The notes under the pieces were generated by a model. The model was not told where the DNA came from. It ran no database searches and was given only the letters and a program-made list of their open reading frames with translations. The position numbers and the translations under genes are program-made. Below are positions 60,840 to 64,000 of a stretch of DNA of 64,000 nucleotides, piece after piece (the stretch's first letter is position 1; each line of letters starts with the position of its first letter). The DNA is from Phyllobates terribilis (Eukaryota): the NCBI RefSeq assembly GCF_046119375.1, contig NW_027362916.1, positions 1 to 64,000 on the forward strand, in the 5' to 3' direction.

Positions 60840-63800
60840 CAGGTGGACACTGGGGCGGCCACATCTGTCATTTCCTCTGCACAGCTCCCTCCTTCTGTAT
60901 CCCTATCACCGGATACCCTCACCTGTGTTGGGGTGGAAGGCCAACATATTTCCTCTCCACTCACAGTCCCTGTGTCTGCAGGACCGTTCACCGGAGTACT
61001 CACAAGATTCTTGGTCTCTGAAACTTGCCCTGTCAACCTGTTGGGAACCGATCTCTTAGAGCGGATGAAGGCAACAATTACCTTCGGAAACCATGGTATG
61101 GAGCTTCTTTTGCGGGACCCTCATTCCGAACAAGGGACTGAAGACCACTGTGTTCTTAAAGCCTTCCCTCTCATGATGATGACCATACAATCTCACAGTT
61201 CCCTCACTCTCTGTGGTCCAGTGGGCCAGAGGACGTCGGCCTCCTGCAGGTTCCCCCGGTCCGAGTACACCTCAAGCCTGGACACAGGTATCCACGGTTG
61301 CCACAATACCCCCTCAAGGCTGCACAAGAACAAAGCTTGGGTACCCAAATCGTTTCCCTCCTGGAATCAGGAGTCCTTGTCAGATGTGTATCTCCATGCA
61401 ATACACCCCTCTTTTCTGTAAAAAAGAAAACCGTTCCGGGAGAGTCTCCAAGATACCAGTTGGTTCAGGATCTCAGAGCCGTCAATGCAGCTACCATTTT
61501 AGAAACTCCAGTGGTACCCAACTCAAACACCCTCTTGTCTCAGCTGCCTCCAACGGCCACCTTGTTTACGGTGTTAGATCTGGCCAACGCCTTCTTCAGT
61601 ATACCCTTACATGAAGATTCGTGGTTTCTTTTTGCCTTCACCTTTCAAGGAGCACAGTTTACATGGACCAGGACTCCGCAGAGCCCAGAACTCTCCTAAC
61701 CAATTCACTCATTCTATGAAGTCTATTCTGAAGCCTTGGGTTCAAGAGAACCCTCAGGTCACCCTTCTACGGTATGTGGATGATCTTTTACTATGTGGCA
61801 CTGAAGAAAATTTGCCAGAGATGTCAGCATCCCTTCTCTGGTTTCTTCACTCAGCTAACTGTAAAGTCTCGAAAGGCGAAGTCCAATGGTGTCTGCCCAA
61901 GGTCATTTTCCTCGGACATTGTATATCACAAGGTGCTAGACATCTGACTGAAGAAAGAAAACAAGCCATCATGGATATCACCTTCCCAACCACCTACTCC
62001 GCTATGCAGACTTTCCTTGGCCTCATCACTTACTGCAGGCAATGGATCCCTGATGCCTCAAAGCTCATGCAACCTCTGTACGACTGTTTCAAGAATGAAG
62101 GCTCAGTTTGGCTTCATGCTGAAGATCCACGTGTTTCTCATCAACACAGACCGTTTTGACCGCCTTAAACAGGCTGTTGTCTCTGCCCCGGCCTTGGGCT
62201 TACCAGACAATACTCAGCCATTTCACGTTTTTTTGTCTCTGAATCGGAAGGTCATGCCTCTGGAGTTCTAGCACAACGCTATGATCATAAGTATCGGCCT
62301 TTGGGCTACTACTCAGCCCGCCTGGACCCTGTCGCCCGAACTGCCCTCATGTGCCTTAAGGCGGTCCACGCTGCTCACATCCTCCTTGACAAGTCAGCTG
62401 ATATCGTCCTTGGACATGATCTAGTTATACAGGCCGGCCATGATCTCTCAGCTGTTCTGCAACAAACATCTCCGAAACATCTCACCAACCAAAGACACCT
62501 GCGGCTGCAGTGTTCCCTATTGTTGCCCTCCAATATAACATTTACCAGATGTCTGACTATCAATCCTGCCACTTTGTTTCCACCTTCTAGGGGGGAAGGT
62601 GAAGAGGGTGAAGGTCCATTGGTGGAACCTCATGTTTGTATAAAAATTTTGCAGGAAGAGACTTCTGCTCCAGAGAATATGGTGGCACATCCGCTCGCAC
62701 ACCCTGCCTTGCACCTATGGACTGATGAATCCCGTTTTGCAGACCCTCAGGGGAAGTTCCACACGGGATATGCTGTCACAACAGACCTAACAGTTCTGAA
62801 GGCTGAAGCTCTACCACCATACATGTCTGCACAAGAAGCTGAACTTGTGGCTCTCACAGAGGCCTGCCACCTGGCAGCAGGAACAAAAGTGAATATATAT
62901 ATATACCGATTCCAGGTATGGACATGGAATTTGCAATGATTCTGGACTCTTGTGGAAGTCTAGAGGATTCATCACAGCTGCAGGTACACCAGTGAAACAT
63001 GCCTCATGGATTAAGGCCCTGATGAAGGCCCTGGAACTACCCATTCAGGTTGCTGTTATGAAGGTCAAGGCTCATGGAAGACTAGAATCCAGAGAAGCCA
63101 GGGACAACCACCTAACTGACCAAGCAGCCAAGACTGCAGCAGTGGAGAATGTGTCATCAAAGTGGCAGGAAAAGGAAGAAGGGATGGGGGAGACCCTGCA
63201 AACCGTAGCTGTGGCGCTCACTAGAGCAAGAGCCAAAGAACAGCCGGCGGAAGACCATACAAGTCCAGCGGAGACACGAGTGGAATCCAGGGGGGTTAGG
63301 ATGCCTGAAGAAAAATTGTGTGAGGAACAAAGGGAGACCCCCACTGAAGAAGTCAAGCAATGGAAAGCGGCAGGAGCTGTGCTGGCAGGTCGCAAAGATT
63401 CAAAGGTCAACTCGACTCTTTACCAAGTGGATGGGAAGCCTTGCTTGCCTAGACGCATGTACTCAGCTGTGGCAGCATGGGCTCACGGGCCTACACACAG
63501 AGGAAAGAATCAAGCCTTGGCATGTATCAAGAAACTGTACTTTGCACCCGGAATCTCTTCCACTGTGACTGCGTACTCAAAATCCTGCTCTGTCTGCGCT
63601 ACCTGCAACCCAACGTGTACGGCACGGGTCCCTCTCCAACACCTGGCTAAACCAGACTACCCTTGGCAGAGAATACAAGTCGACCATATCCAAATGCCTA
63701 AAGCAAGAAAATAGGAGTACGTTTTGGTAGCCGTGGATATGTTCTCAGCCTGGCCCGAGGCCTACCCGGTCGTCAACATGACTGCTAAAGTCACAGCCAA

Positions 63801-64000
63801 GAAACTGATCACCAAAATTGCCTACAGATTTGGAGTTCCCCAAGTCATAGAATCGGATCAAGGACCAGATTTCACAACAAATATCTACAAAGAACTCTGG
63901 AACATGTTGGGAACAGATTTGGGCCTCCACACTCCATACCATCCTGCCAGTTCAGGCAAAGTGGAAAGGATGAATTCCACACTCAAGACCCAGCTCTTGA
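60840..64000 (+). pseudogene. ERV pro-pol (PR-RT-tether-RNase H-IN), epsilon/gamma-like, decayed; runs off the window
   Basis: VDTGA..NLLGTDLL; PCNTPLF..YQLVQDLRAVN..VLDLANAFF..RYVDDLLL; LWTDESR..SAQEAEL; HGPTH..CSVCATC; QVDHI..ESDQG..GKVERMN. Several frameshifts and stops. Confidence 0.92.

Overview
Eukaryotic vertebrate DNA, most likely an anuran (frog). This is inferred from the XlCOF/XlCGF-type zinc-finger gene and from MITE, Penelope and ERV types typical of frogs; the species cannot be fixed from sequence alone. No prokaryotic features, rRNA, tRNA or CRISPR were found. The window is mostly nested, decayed transposons and minisatellites around one apparently intact host gene: a 6-exon KRAB-A-like/FAX-box C2H2 zinc-finger gene (29841-35740, 749 aa, 16 fingers). 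Other content: a disrupted, apparently intronless dnd1 (dead end) copy; DIRS1, L2, L1 and Penelope relics; several hAT relics and MITEs; two complete-length Tc1 elements; a 7.2-kb two-gene Harbinger; a Gmr1-like Gypsy (integrase before RT); two sushi/chromovirus-type LTR elements; and, from 57598 to the window end, an epsilon-like endogenous retrovirus. Highlights: (i) the ERV gag carries half a macrodomain plus a RanBP2-type zinc finger; (ii) both sushi-type elements show a Tf1-style tRNA-independent self-priming signature (predicted transcript 5' end complementary to the PBS position); (iii) the dnd1 retrocopy; (iv) hammerhead-like cores in Penelope ends; (v) tandem arrays enclosed by inverted repeats; (vi) a possible TLR relic. 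All family assignments come from motif recognition by eye, without database searches.
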